From: Octopus sinensis
Lineage: Eukaryota
NCBI RefSeq assembly: GCF_006345805.1
Contig: NC_043005.1
Location: 26,102,001-26,166,000, forward strand
Reading direction: 5' to 3'
DNA length: 64,000 nucleotides
This document shows positions 1 through 14,059 of the stretch, piece after piece (the first letter of the stretch is position 1; the number at the start of each line of letters is the position of its first letter). The position numbers were made by a program, and so were the translations under genes. The notes under the pieces were generated by a model, which was given only the letters and a program-made list of their open reading frames with translations, was not told the origin of the DNA and searched no databases.

Positions 1-189
1 ACAACGTAAAACGTTAGAAAAAGAAAACCCAGCTGTTTCTTGCAATACATACATCTAAAACAACATTTTCTCAGGGGTCTCTTAAAATACTATAGTGGAT
101 CTCCAATTTACTATTTTGTGGTGTGAAACCCTACAAAATAGTATATGGGTCGTCAGGGGCCATATGAACCCTGGTTAAGAACCACTGGT

Positions 190-552
190 TCAGAGTAGCC
201 ATCTTAACTTTGACGGTCAAACGTGATAAACCGTTTACTGCCATCCTTCTGCGGTTTCTTCCCACCATTGATTGCTTACATCTGCTTCTTAGCGGCACTA
301 TAGAGAACTTTGAGGACGTCACTGAGCCTCAATGTGCACCTTTCCAATGCCATCTGTCAGTTAGATAGAATATACTTTAGCATACCAACTTTTCCCGCAT
401 CTACAATTGTCGTCATTCGCTATTTTCCATCCCAGCAGATTGCGTGGGGATGGCAATACAACATAAGTGGCTTGAAGAAGAAAACTCAACCATGATGTGC
501 TCCACCTCCATATCTCATCACAACCCACCTTCTTCGAAGAACCTTTTCTTGC

Positions 553-609
<57 letters not shown>

Positions 610-935
610 CATAAATACAAATAATTACATACATGCATACATCCACACACCAGCACACAAGCACACACACAAATATTTTTGTATTCTTATTCGTGTAACA
701 TCGTCCGTTTTCCCGTCCTTCTTTTGTATACATTCGAGGCTTCTTCCAAGGAATCTAATGCGCTTGGCTTAGATTTTCCTTAGGGGCTGGCCAGGTCGGA
801 GCATCTCAAGATTAATCAGCCGAAATTGCGAGGATGATCCGGTCTTGACTGAAGATTGAAGGCTTCGAATGTCCCGTCCGGTTTTTTGTATCGTCTTCTA
901 ATGTTTTGCGTTCTTGTCCCAGTTTGTATTTTTTT
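190..935 (-). mobile_element. Degraded RLE-type non-LTR retrotransposon fragment (HERO-like), split by a (TA)n/(CA)n microsatellite at ~557-700
   Basis: Frameshift-joined translation IWRWSTSWLSFLLQATYVVLPSPRNLLGWKIANDDNCRCGK/VGMLKYILSN*QMALERCTLRLSDVLKVL matches the LP..NL..W...C.CG..GT..HILS.C...L.RY.WRH..VL zinc-knuckle region of HERO/RLE elements. Confidence 0.6.
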
Positions 936-1623
936 ACATATACATATGTGTATATATATATATATATATTATATATATATATATATACATATATATATAA
1001 TATATATATATATATATAATACATACATATATATATATATTGCATGCGTGAATATATATGTACGTGTATACACACACCCATACACTCACCATACACACAT
1101 TTATGCACGTATGCAGATACAGAATGTGTATGTATGAATGTTTATAAGTTATTATAGTTATAATGTGGAAGGTTTATGTACTTTAGTTAGAAGCAAAAAT
1201 AACACCACCATCACCATCCCCACCACCGCTACACCACACCACCACAACCGCTACTATTACCACAACTTTCCTGTCCAAGCTCCTGTAATGCCGATACGAA
1301 ATTCTCGACAACAAGGAGACAAGTCAATCAGATCGTATCTTTTGCTCCTTCAAGTAAAAGATGGCTGCCACTGTTATTTCGACAATATCTCTCTAATAGT
1401 TCTTTTACTCGTTAATGCATTTGCATTGATTCAAGACACAAGGAGAAGCGCATGCACATTAGCGTGCAGTATAACATCACCAATACTTTCTCCCTCTTCC
1501 TGAAATACCTGAAGCACCTCAACATCAACGTTAGTAGAAGAACATCAAATAAACATGATCAAATAAACACATATATCGTTAGACTGAAACTGGTATATGT
1601 ATTATAGTATTTCATGTGAGTGT

Positions 1624-1712
<89 letters not shown>

Positions 1713-2011
1713 GTATATATATATATTATATATATAATTATATATATGTATGTATATATATAATATATATATAATATATATATAATATATATATATATAT
1801 ATTATATATATATTATACCGGAGTAAACACATAAACGTGAAACAAGGTGGAAAAAAGAGTACTCAAATACCATAGGTAGAGTAATATGCTTTATTTAAAA
1901 GCAGCAGAAATTCAACTGCTTTTAAATAAAGTATATATATATATATATACATACATATTTATACATATGTGTACGTAAACGTGTTAAACTCTGTGTGTGT
2001 GTGTGTGTGTA

Positions 2012-2589
2012 CACAGGTATGCAGGCAGTATGTAGACACGTTTAATTTTCAAAATTTCTGATCAAAGCGTCTAAATGTGTTTTCAGCGATGTAGAATTTA
2101 CAATGGAATTGTTCTTTTTCATTCCAGGTGTCATTATATTGAACATTTGCGAAGAGTAACCATGCCACGCATAAAAAATTCAACAGAACCGTCACATTTT
2201 CAAAGAGGTCGTATTGTTGGGCAATCTGAGGCTGGTGTTTGGCAGCGAAAAACTGCCGAAAATCTTCAAATTCCTCTTGCTACTGTTAATAGTATTATAG
2301 TGCGATTCAAAAGCCAAGGAAAATAATCAACAGATTCTCGTTCGGGTCGACCTGGGCCCTCGGAAAGGAAGCTTCGCTGTTTGAAGAGAATTGTGGAAAT
2401 CGAACCCCGTTCTCCGGATTTTGACATTATTAAACAGCTAAAGGTTAGTCAAAGAACGTGTGTTACATATCTGCATAAGCTTGGGTATTATGGACGAGCA
2501 GCTTGAAGAAAACCTCTCCTTCAACCAATTAATATCAAATGAAAGATTTTGAAAATTAAAGGCGTCTATTTACTTTCTGCATGTCTGTG
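2012..2589 (+). mobile_element. Internally deleted Tc1-like DNA transposon (both TIRs, N-terminal HTH region only)
   Basis: ~44-bp imperfect TIRs (CACAGGTATGCAGGCAGTATGTAGACACGTTTAATTTTCAAAAT and its inverse ending at 2589), TA at both flanks. ATG at 2162 reads [25 protein letters not shown]...SGRPG...LGYYGRAA*RKPLL with stops; no DDE domain. Confidence 0.85.
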
Positions 2590-2634
2590 TATGTATACAT
2601 ATATAAATACATACATACATATATATATATATAT

Positions 2635-2926
2635 GACCGACCAGGCTATCAGATGTTGCTACACATCGTTGGTCACAATGCACTTCACATTGGTTTAGCC
2701 TTCAAATGACGCCACCCCGCTGGCTAAGTGAGCAGGCCAACAGAAGAAAGAGTGGGAGAAAGTTGTGGCGAAAGAGTACAGCAGGGATCGCCACCACCCC
2801 TGCTGCAGCCTCGTGGAGCTTTAGGTGTTTTCGCTCAATAAACACTCACAACGCCCGGTCTGGGAATCGAAACCGCGATCCTACGACCGCAAGTCCGCTG
2901 CCCTAACCATTGGGCCATTGCGCCTC

Positions 2927-2929
<3 letters not shown>
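2635..2929 (-). mobile_element. tRNA-derived SINE, family C (head GTGGAGGCGCAATGGCCCA)
   Basis: A box TGGCCCAATGG and B box GTTTCGATTCC on the minus strand; same head at 18745-19038 and 39752-40132. Confidence 0.8.
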
Positions 2930-2957
<28 letters not shown>

Positions 2958-3114
2958 TATATATACATATATATATATATACATATGTGTGTGTGTGTAT
3001 GTATTTTATGGACTTGAGTTGGTAGAGAGGAATAAGTGTATCGATAAGCCAGTTAGGCAAGTTGTTGATTTACAAAAAAATATTGAATACATTTAATAAA
3101 AAAAAATGTACATC

Positions 3115-3292
3115 GCTTGACAACTGATGTTGGAGTGCTTACGTCCCCGTTCAAAAGAGACCGATAGAATAAGTACTAGGCTTACAAAGAATAAGTCCTG
3201 AGGTCGATTTGCTCGACTAAAAAGCGGTGCTCCAGCATGGTCGCAGCCAAGATGATTGAAATAAATAAAAGAATAAAAGAATAAAAGAATAG
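3115..3292 (+). mobile_element. SINE family A, 3' half
   Basis: CGCTTGACAAC...AAGTACTAGGCTTACAAAGAATAAGTCC...GCGGTGCTCCAGCATGG tail ending in (TAAAAGAA)n, repeated many times in the window. Confidence 0.75.
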
Positions 3293-3342
3293 AGATGATA
3301 TGAATTAAAGGGGTTGAGTGCATGTATGTATGCCTGTATTCT

Positions 3343-3556
3343 TTAACTTGTTTCAGTCATTTGACTGCGGCTATGCTGGAGCACCGTCTTTAGTCGATCA
3401 AATCGACCCCAGGACTTATTCTTTATAAGCCTAGCACTTATTCTATCGATCTCTTTTGCCGAACCGCTAGTTTTGGGGATATAAATACACCAGCATCGGT
3501 TGTCAGCGATGTTGGGTGTGGGGGACAAACACAGACATAAACACATACGCACGCAC

Positions 3557-3602
<46 letters not shown>

Positions 3603-4032
3603 CATCATCATCATCATCATTTAGCGTCCGTTTTCCATGCTAGCATGGGTTGGACGGTTCTACTGGGGTCTGTGAAGCCAGAAGGCTTCATCAGGCCCAG
3701 TCAAATCTGGCAGTGTTTCTACGGCTGGATGCCCTTCCTAACACCAACCACTCCGTGAGTGTAGTGGGTGCTTTTTACGTGCCACCCGCACTGGTGCCAG
3801 ACAGAGCTGGCAAACGGCCACGAACAGATGGTGCTTTTTATGTGCCACCGGCACGAGGGCATTTATACGACGTGCTTCTTTCGGTTTCCATCTACCAAAT
3901 CCACTCACAAGGCTTTAGTCGGCTGAGACTATAGTAGAAGACACTTGCCCAAGGTACCACGCAGAGGAACTGACCCCGGAACCATGTGGTTGGTAAGCAA
4001 GCTACTTTTACCACACAGCCACTCCTGCGCCT
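3343..4032 (-). mobile_element. SINE family A (tRNA head, CORE-like segment, internal microsatellite) with a nested insertion
   Basis: Head GCAGGAGTGGCTGTGTGGTAA...ACCTTGGGCAAGTGTCTTCTACTATAG at 3870-4032 and tail at 3343-3540, as in other copies. Confidence 0.8.
3601..3860 (-). mobile_element. RTE-type LINE/SINE 3' tail with (GAT)n end
   Basis: (ATC)n followed by TTTAGCGTCCGTTTTCCATGCTAGCATGGGTTGGACGG...GGCTGGATGCCCTTCCTAAC, typical of RTE-related 3' ends. Confidence 0.55.
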
Positions 4033-4162
4033 ATGTATATATGATATCTGTCTATCTATACGTATGTATACTTACATATATACACGCACGCACACGCACA
4101 CACATGTGTGTGTTTATATATGTATACACACATACATATGTGTGTGCATACATATATATATA

Positions 4163-4212
<50 letters not shown>

Positions 4213-5182
4213 AAATATAACCTCTTTATTTTGATATGCAGAAGTATTTCACGGATATTATAATGGGATTAGATGAAGAAATAGATAGAGACGTTAATTA
4301 CACGGTTGACTTGTTTGATTCCAAAACAGCAACGGAACATCAGTGTTAATTATGCATTGTTATAGTCAGCATCTTTCATGGCATTCGTTTACCCAGAGTA
4401 CACAAAGCAGCGGGGGCTTGAAATAATAAAAACCTTTCCGCTGGTGTATGTGTTTGTATGTGTATGCATGTGTGTCTCTCTGTCTGTGTGTGTCTACGTG
4501 TGTAACAATGTATGCGTTTTGCCATGCAAGAATGCATTATGTAAACACATATATATGTGTGCACAGGCGTTGACGTCATTGCATGTGTGAATTTTTATTC
4601 ATGTGCCTGTTTGCAGGTATGGCTCTTCTGACATGTATCGTTATAGCTTTTTGAAATGGGGCATATATACTCATTTTCCCATATCTACACATCCGTACAT
4701 TTACAATTACTTGTTAAGCTTCTGATATATTTTAATTCCCTAATTAGCTGTCTACTTTCTAGTTTTGTAAGAGCCAGTATCTCAAGACTTTTGTTGGGCC
4801 AGTTAGTTACATAACCAAATGGTCCAGGAGTTATCGATATAGATTTAAAACTATCGCATTAATTGTATGTAACTGTAGATTTCTCGTTACTTCAGCAGAG
4901 ATGTCATCATTTTCACTAATTTTTCACATAGTTGTAACATCTTCCACCTAACTTATCCCCGCCACTGCACAAAGATTTTTTTCCATGTCCTAAATCATAA
5001 TGTCTGGTCTCTTATGGTTGCAATTTTACTGAAATCTTAACGGAAATCTTCTAACGATATTTTTTCATGTATGTGATTATTCTCACCACATGAATGTACT
5101 TTTTTATTTCATATTTGGTTTGTATCTCATTGATGTACTTATGCATGTATGCCTGTATGTGCGTATATATATACATACATGC

Positions 5183-5342
<160 letters not shown>

Positions 5343-5733
5343 GCATGCGTGTATATATATATATATGTATATATATATATAGAGAGAGAGAGGTGGGGAG
5401 AAGCATGTATGTATGCATTTATCTATCATACTTGTGTATGATATTGGTGTTGATATTGTTCTTATCAATATCAGCAGAGGCTGTAAAAGCGAAATTCCAC
5501 GTGATTCAGTTTGGTTGGATACTTTTCTCAAAGGCTCAGATTTTGTGGCTTTTGCTGCGAGATTTGTCGTTAGATAACGCAATGTGCCTACGATGATAGT
5601 TATGAATTAAAATCTATTGCCAAGATGATGTAACAGCTAGTTACATCATCTATAACCTTCTACGTACCACCATACTAGACACTTCGCCTTCAAATTTGGA
5701 CTGACCCCATCCACAGATATTTCAAAAAATCAT

Positions 5734-5838
5734 ACAGTTTTATATTTAAGAGATGAGGGATTATGTACATTATTTACATTATTTACATCTGACGGATATT
5801 TGTCCTCATCTTGTTTGTTGTTAACAACGTTTCGGCTG
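5734..5838 (-). mobile_element. Truncated Penelope-like tail (half HHR: CAGCC-GAAA-CGTT)
   Basis: Same sequence as the tail at 46297-46400; retains the GAAACGTT palindrome but the CUGAUGA half is missing. Confidence 0.5.
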
Positions 5839-6825
5839 TAAGTGGCATTCAAATAAGAGTCACTCGCATGTTTAGTGTGAAATCACCAACATACTCCAAT
5901 GCCTTCCCCACAAATATTCTGTGTCATCTCCTTGATTTTTGTATCATTGCCAGAGTAGCTTCTACTCCAAAGAAATCCCTGGTCATGTGTCATCTCATAT
6001 CAGTCACTTCCAGCCTATATGTTTCTCCTCCTTTCGCAGCCCATATAGTATCTTTCCTTAGACTTCGAAGTAACCTTATGCACAGACTTACCTTCCTGAA
6101 ATATCCCTTGCACCGGAATTCCCTATATTCTGCAATCATAGAATTGCAGTTATTCAAGAGAAACGTTACCCGCTTTGTTGCTACCGGTCACAGTGGATCT
6201 GCAAATGATATCACCACGTCCCCGTCCACCAGATTATTCAAATAAAAATTTAATAAAGCCCAAACCAAGATAAACAAGACTGTGTGTGTAGTTACAAAAG
6301 AAAATGGATACTTTTTCAGTACTACACAGATTGGGAAATTAATCAAAGGAAGCTAGATGGGAAGTAAATGTCCTCCAAGTCTTTAACGAAATCAATAAAG
6401 TAAAAAATGTGGGACAAATAAAACAGAAATGTATCATGACAAAAAGAAATCCCCGAAATCAAAGAACAGCTCAAAAAAGAGACCTCCTTTGAATCGCAAA
6501 GAGTCTGTCGTTATAAAAGCGGAAGCGAATATTTGAATGAAACAAAAAATTGACTGCAAGCTAAATCGGAAAATTGGTAAACAAAAACATTAAAGAAAAA
6601 TCAATACAGCATAGATAGACTATAGGTAAAAACATTCTGGACGGGGAAGAGATGACCACTGACGACGTTGTTTAAAAGAGTAAGAGTAACAAATAAACAA
6701 ATGTAGGGATTTATATCAATCGAAGTAGCGAACACGGTCGCAAAAACGAACAACTGGATGATAGTAGGAAATGATAAAGTTGCAAATTTCCTGCTATGAT
6801 TCCCTTATTCATTTATTCTTTCAAT

Positions 6826-7309
6826 CTTTGACTTGTTTCAGTCATTGGACTACAGCCAGGCTGAGACAGAACCTTCAGATTCATGGGTTTAGTCCAAGGG
6901 TTCCTGGTCGTTCTTTACCTATGGAACTCTGATCGAAATTTTACTCGAATGAATCCTCAGAGTCATTTGATATTTAAAGTACCCTATTATAAGGCCAAAC
7001 GGCTAAGTGACCGGGACATAAGCACACCAAGATCGGTTGTCAAACGATGGCGGAGGGACAAACACATACATATGCTTATATATATATATACGACGGGCTT
7101 CTTTCAGTTTCCTCTACCAAATCCACTCACAAGGCTTTGGTAACCCGGGGCTATAGTAGAATACACTTTCCCAAGGTGCAACATAGGATGACTGAACCCA
7201 GCACCGTGTGGTTTGGAAGCAAGCGTCTTACCACACAGCCGCTCCTGCGCCTATGTATGTATGCATGTATGTATGTATGTATATATGTATATGTATATAT
7301 GTATATATA

Positions 7310-7359
<50 letters not shown>

Positions 7360-7522
7360 CTGGCTTCTTTCAGTTTTTGACTACCAGATCTTCTCACAAG
7401 GCTTTGGTCGGCCCGAGACTATAGTAGAAGACACTTGCCCAAGGTATCACGCAGTGGGACTGAAACCGGAACCATGTGGTTGGGAAGCAAGCTTCTTACC
7501 ACATAGCCCACTTCTGCGCCTA
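6826..7522 (-). mobile_element. SINE family A, full copy (6826-7252) plus adjacent head-only copy (7355-7522)
   Basis: Family A head and tail sequences recognisable by eye. Confidence 0.8.
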
Positions 7523-8988
7523 TATTCAATAAGTACACATAAACAGTAGACAAAAATATTAAACAAATTCTTGAAATGGATTGCATCAACCAAACAGTTG
7601 ATACAAGCATTTTATTCAAAAAGCAACTATATCCTGTCACCAAAAAACTCATAACCTGCTTTCATACAACCTGATAAGGTTTCGTTGTTACAATATCAAA
7701 GAGAAGAAAATAAACATCTTGTGTCGGGTGGGGGAGGATAAATGGTATCCTAAAAGGCCGAATAAATACATGCAAGGGAGAATATGGCAATTATAATTAA
7801 AGCTCAACAAAGACATAATCGATATTGTAGAAGGAGGGACAAGGATTTGACTATGTTTTGGTTAATAGAAGGCTTTTGAAGTATTCTCTGGACCCAAATT
7901 TCGAAATAAAATAATGAGTAAGGTAACATCACTAATAGAAGTGTGAAACATCCTGAATAAATGGTTGTAGAACGACCGTGCAAAAGGAGAGGTGACGAAT
8001 GAATGGTTCCTTTAATACACCACACGGCCGCTTACAATAAAGGCAAAAATGGATAAATGAGTATGAGTGTCAGAAGGAAAAGACGACGCAAGCGTAGAAT
8101 GTTAAGAGAAAGGCTTTATTTATGTGTTGGAAGAGTGTGTGTCTGCGTGTGCGACATAAGTACATATATAATAATAATAATAACAATAGACAGGCGGTCA
8201 TGCATACATAATGTGTATGTGTGTACAAACAAGGGTGTATGCGTGTGAGATAAAATACAGAGCATAGAAAGAGTCTATAACAGGACGCTAAAAGTTCAGA
8301 TACAATGAAGATAAATATCAGTTCGTAGTAAGGTACACATTAGTTGAAAAGCTATAACAAGAAGTTGTGGCGTAAAAGCAGAGCCGGTTACTGCACGTGT
8401 CGTGTAAGAGGTTGTGGCTACTATGCCGCTACCGCTTACTTGATACAGGAAGATCCTGCAGATAGTGCCTTCTGTTAACTACGGTGAAGTGATTCACAAA
8501 CAGTGAGGAGTTAAACCTGAGCGTTTGTTGCTGTGTGCGTAGAGATGTTGTTCGCGTCGTTAAGATGAAGGCGGCGGAGATGGAGGTCCTGTATGCTGCT
8601 TGACGAAGTGTTGATGTTTCTCCATGTTGTTGCTGGTGTAGTCGCTGGAACTGGCTGTATGCTTTGTGGTCAGTGGTTAGACCTTAGAAGGTCTAGAACT
8701 AAAGACGAAATACGGTTTTTATAACTAGCTTTTATAGTGACTAGGAGACTCCAACGGAGAATTTAGAAGACTGTATCACGGGACCTTATCAGAAGGCTGC
8801 GATTGGTTGGGTTGCACATTGGCGCGTAATAGAGCAAGAGACAAATTGCGTCAATACCAACCAATCAGAGTAGTGAACACAACAGGGTCCAAGCGGCCGA
8901 AGGTTAGCTGTTATCTGCTATGTCCGTATTTATGTTATGCATGCCAGAGAGAGAGAGAGAGAGAATTTCATTAAGCGTACGCTACATG

Positions 8989-9345
8989 GTAAACATGGGT
9001 GAGTGGTTAAGACGTTCACTTTGCTATGACAAGGTTCCAGATTCAGTTTTATCGCGTGGCACCTTGGGCAAGGGCTTTCTACTATAGCCCCATGCCGACC
9101 AATGCCCTGTGAGGGAATTTGGTAGACGGAAACTGTATGGAAGTCTGTCGTATATAAATATGTGTTTGTCCTCTACTACCACTTGACAACTTGTGTTGAT
9201 TTGTTTAGGTCCCCTAACTTAGCAGTTTGGCGAAAGGGACTAATTGAATAAGTAACAAGTAACAGGATTTAGAAAATAAGCACCTGTGTCGACTTGCCCC
9301 CACTAAATCCTTTAAGGCTGAGCTCCTACATGACCGAAACAAGTA
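8989..9345 (+). mobile_element. SINE family A, diverged
   Basis: ACCTTGGGCAAGGGCTTTCTACTATAG...GGTAGACGGAAACTG and tail remnants. Confidence 0.6.
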
Positions 9346-9459
9346 AAAACAATCGAAATTTGTAAAGATAAATCCTATCTTTATTAGAAATGCAATATTC
9401 CATTGCATTTTAGCTGAAATGTTAAATAAAATGGATTCGGATACAAAAACTAAAGTAGA

Positions 9460-9730
9460 AAAATATACATGACTCGCTTCGAGTTATACGCTGCAGGTGA
9501 TGAAGAGCAATAAACACTTTTGAAGTAGTTACACATTTACTTGGCGAAGTGATATGAAATTCGTATGAGAAAAATGCCCAAGGCTACCTTGAAAAGGGAA
9601 AAATTAATTAAGGAAGGTAATACCCTCACAAAGAGACAGAGGTAAGAGGATCATATTGCGCACAGATTCATAAATACTTGGGAATCAATAAATTAGATCG
9701 ATTACAGTATATAAATGAAAGGAAAGGTTA
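9460..9730 (+). mobile_element. Degraded R4/Dong-like reverse transcriptase fragment
   Basis: Fragments ELYAAGDEEQ, KATLKREKLIK and HKYLGIN match the post-YMDD region (K.YA...; KC.KA.LKRGK; YKYLG) of R4/Dong-type RTs. Confidence 0.5.
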
Positions 9731-9799
9731 TGAATGATATTGGTTGGGAGCTGCTTTGCTCAGGCTTTGCTCCCTCCACAGCCGCTGTGAGCTCTGTAT

Positions 9800-10200
9800 C
9801 ATCTCTATGATGTGGAAAATATTCCATCAACATTGCCCATCTTTAAAATACGTCCGAGGCTTGGCCTCCGTTCCATCAGTCCACTACAGAAATGTTCGTG
9901 TCGTATCGCAACACTATTTCAGAACTATTTCACCACAATTGGCCCTGCTCTCTTCAACATCGTGCCAGACACACATAAAGGAGGAAAGTTACTTCACGGC
10001 ATTCAAACGATCCCTAGATGATTACCCCCAACAAATACCAGATAAACCAACCACACCCAGATATATCTCTGAAAACAATATCCCTCTGCTTGAATGGGCT
10101 ACGGTTCCCCAGTGCTGACTGTGTATCTCTTCCAGGTGATGCTATTAAATTAGACATGACCTGAGTCAACTTCGGCCAAAACTTATCTAAGTAATCTAAT
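9800..10200 (+). mobile_element. CR1-like LINE 3' end
   Basis: RPRLG...QNYFTTIGPALFNIVP / IKEESYFTAFKRSLDDYPQQIPDKPTTPRYISENNIPLLEW* is the ORF2 C-terminus, followed by a short 3' UTR and (TAATC)-like tail. Confidence 0.7.
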
Positions 10201-11289
10201 CTATGCTGTAACCTTTTAATCAAAGCATAACGTGGGTAGAGGCTGATATCTTAACATTTCTGATGGTCTTAAGTATGAAAAAAATTGTTAAAGATTTATA
10301 TAAACCTACTTTCAGAGTATGTTTATAAGCTATTGTGTTTAGACCTGGTTTCTATCCTCAAACTGTTCCATTCTGTAAATGCATTTTTTAAAAATAAAGT
10401 ATTCCGAAATTAGAAAAATCAAACAATCTCGGTCCCATGAGTATCGGATAATGGATTTTCAAGTGTGTAAAGAAACTGATTGTGGTGATCGTAGTTTTGA
10501 CGGTGATTTTGGTGAAAGCAGAGACAGTGTTGATGATGACGAATGGGAAGAGGATAAGATAGTATCGGTGGTTATAATGGCGACAGGAGCGTTGTGATAT
10601 GTGATGCTGAGGTGATGCTGGTATTGTAGTGGTTATACTGGTTGTGGTGGTGAAAGTGACTGTCAAGGTAACCGTCATGATAACATTGATGGCTGTGTAT
10701 GTGGCTGAAGAGGAAGCAATGACAATGCTGCTGATGATGCTGGTGGTTGTGGCGGTGGTGATAGTGGTAGGATAGTTGTGGTAGTGATTGTGATATGGTG
10801 ATAGTGGTGGTAGTGATGGTGGTGGTGGTGGTCGTCGTCGTCATCATCGTCGTAGTGCTGCTCCTACCGGGCGGTTGTAGTGACGGTGGTAGTACTAGGG
10901 GCGTGGTGACGTGCTGCTGGTTGTGGTGGGTGTGTAATGGTGTTGGTGCTAGTAGGTGGTAGTGGCAGCGGCGGTTGTAGTGCAGATGATATTAGTCTAG
11001 TGATGGGGCTGGTCAGTTGTATCACAAAAACAGGTTACATTGGTGACAGTCCATCTATTGTACAGCCAGCTTAGAGTTCAAGTGGTCAAGCTCTTACTCT
11101 GGACATTCTAGAACCTTTGGAGTAAGATGTATTTATGTGTGTATGTCCATGTCTGCATATGAGAATATGGGGATGTATATGCTGTTGTCATTGATGTATT
11201 ATAACTGCTTCAGATGATTCCTGTTTTTAAAGGGTTTTTTTAAAAAAAATTATATGGCTGTGTTATTTTTTTTACCCCGATACTGCAAC

Positions 11290-12084
11290 AGTGGGAAGAA
11301 ACAATGGACCACCTAATCTGTGGGTGTAAGGATTTAGCACCTGTAGAGTACAAATCAAGACATGAGAGAGTGGACCGTTATTTACATTGGATGATGTGTC
11401 GGCATTATAAAATCAAAACTGCTGACAAATGGTACAAGCACCACCCCCGAGGCTGTAACTGAGGGATAAAATGTAACTATTCTTTGGGACTTCCCAGTAT
11501 GTACAGATTGGACCAGCAAAGCAAACAAACCAGATATTGTTGTGAAAGACCAAAATAATAAATTCTGCTTATTGATTGACGTTAGCATACCCTGTGACCA
11601 TAATATCTCGGCAAAAGATTTGATAAGCTCGGAAAATATAAAGATTTGTTAATAGAAATCGAAAAGATGCGGCATCTCAAGACAGTTACAATACCAGTGG
11701 TTGTAGAACCACTTGGAATGATCAAAAAATTGAAAAGAAAATGATTTACCATCCATGCAGGAAGTGTAAAAGATTGTCTTAGCTGCATGTCACACATACT
11801 GAGAAGAGCAATGTCGCAGGGATTATTCTTTCTTTTTCCCTCTTTATTTTATTTGTTTACTTTTTTTATTTTTTACCTTTCCCCCTTTTCTCTCTGTCTT
11901 CGCCTCTTTCTTTATCACATGAATTTGTAAATTAACAATGCGGTGTGTTTATTGTAATGGCCTACAAATGTATACAGTGCGTTTCTCTGCCCTAAGTGTC
12001 AGGAAGACACTCGGTAAGAAATGGAAACAGAAGTGAAATATGATACTTAATAAAAATAATAATAATTGTGATAATAATAGTAAT

Positions 12085-12144
<60 letters not shown>

Positions 12145-12155
12145 TAATAATAATA
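11290..12155 (+). mobile_element. R4/Dong-like non-LTR retrotransposon 3' end (zinc knuckle + restriction-like endonuclease, 3' UTR, (TAA)n)
   Basis: TMDHLICGCKDLAPVEYKSRHERV...ILWDFPVCTD..SKANKPDIVVKDQNNKFCLLIDVSIPCDHNISAK..DKLGKYKDL...IPVVV..LG, frameshifted; ends in a TAA array at ~12050-12155. Confidence 0.8.
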
Positions 12156-12497
12156 ATCGCGACGATAATGATGATTATGATGACGACAACGACGACGACG
12201 ATGATGATGATGATGATGATGCTGATGATGATGATATCTAATGATATCAGCAAAGCACTATGTAGACACTACACTACAAGATATTCTAGTACCTAGTAAG
12301 CTATATAGAGCTGTAACATACTAAAGGTGTATTAGTAATGAAAATCGTATAAACTGGAGACATCTTGGATTCTGGCTTACATTAAATTGGTTCTTTTCAT
12401 TATCAGCAGGCGACATGGAGGTTTATTATGTTTCGAGCTCTGCACAAACACCACACACACCCACACCTCACAACAGACACGGTGGCGTATGCATATA

Positions 12498-12555
<58 letters not shown>

Positions 12556-12933
12556 GTATGTATGTATATATATATACATATATATATATATACATATCTA
12601 TATATGCATATATGTATGTATATATGCATGTATGTATGTATGTATATATGTACGTGTGTAAGTATATATGTGAGTGTGTGTGTGCATGTATAGAAGTATA
12701 TATGTATGTACACACAGTCACAAGCAGGCACAAAGACACATATACACAGCAAATTATATGTGCTTATGTGTGTATATACATACACACATATACATATATA
12801 TGCATATATATGTATATGTGTGTGTGTATGTATATATATATATATATATCAATAGGTATGTATATATATTTATATATGTATATATATATATATTATATAT
12901 ATATATATATATGCATTTATATATAAATGTGTA

Positions 12934-12971
<38 letters not shown>

Positions 12972-13178
12972 CATATATATGCATGTATATAGGTAGGTAT
13001 GTAAACACGAATATACACGACTATATGTGTATGCATGTAACAATATTACAAGTGAAGAGTATGAAAATTACACAATGTCCACCCAGAGGCTTTCAAAAAA
13101 CTAACTATATTACATATACAGATTAAAGGCCAGCCATTGAAGCTGCCGCTATTACTGCATCTGCTGCTGTTGCTGCAG

Positions 13179-13214
<36 letters not shown>

Positions 13215-13522
13215 ATGATGATAATAATAATAATAATATAATAATAATGATAATGATAATAATAATAACAATAACAAATAACACATAACAATATAATAAT
13301 AATAATAATATAAAATAATAATAATAATATAATAATATAATAATAATAATAATAAATTACTGTTCTGTTTATGTGCTTCTATCTTTAATGAACACAATAG
13401 TGATTGTACATTTTTGTCAGATAATTTCAAACTCAAATACTCACATCTGCACAACGTATATGCATGCAGGCATTCATACACACGCACACCCGCACCCATG
13501 CACACACACATCTCTCTCTCTC

Positions 13523-13586
<64 letters not shown>

Positions 13587-14003
13587 ACATATATACATGT
13601 ATGCATGTATGTATGTATATGCGTGTACCCACATGCATCTATATATATATAGATATATGGATATATACGTATATATGAATACATGTAATACCTACATAAA
13701 TGCATATGCCTTTATGCAAGCATATCTATATATACACATGCGCATATATGCATATGTTCATATATATTGCATAAACACATACACACGCACTCAGAGACAT
13801 GCATTTGTGTACCTGTGTGTGCGTGCGTGTATACAGAACAAATATATGTACATTAAACATACGTATATGTACAGAGATTGATGTTCTTTACACTTATTAC
13901 ACATATATATATATATATGTATATGTATATATATAAGTATATATATATGTATATATATATATATATAATATATATATACATATATATATGTAATAAGTGT
14001 AAA

Positions 14004-14059
<56 letters not shown>

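Noticed and set aside
2850-2929. tRNA gene candidates at SINE heads (also 46071-46145)
   Set aside because: A/B boxes run into SINE bodies, with no complete cloverleaf; treated as SINE heads.
5860-6800. Non-repetitive-looking stretch, possibly an old LINE or exon
   Set aside because: No diagnostic motif or splice-consistent open frame recognised.
8101-8940. Possible solo LTR (TGT start, inverse AATAAA)
   Set aside because: No second LTR, PBS, PPT or TSD could be identified.
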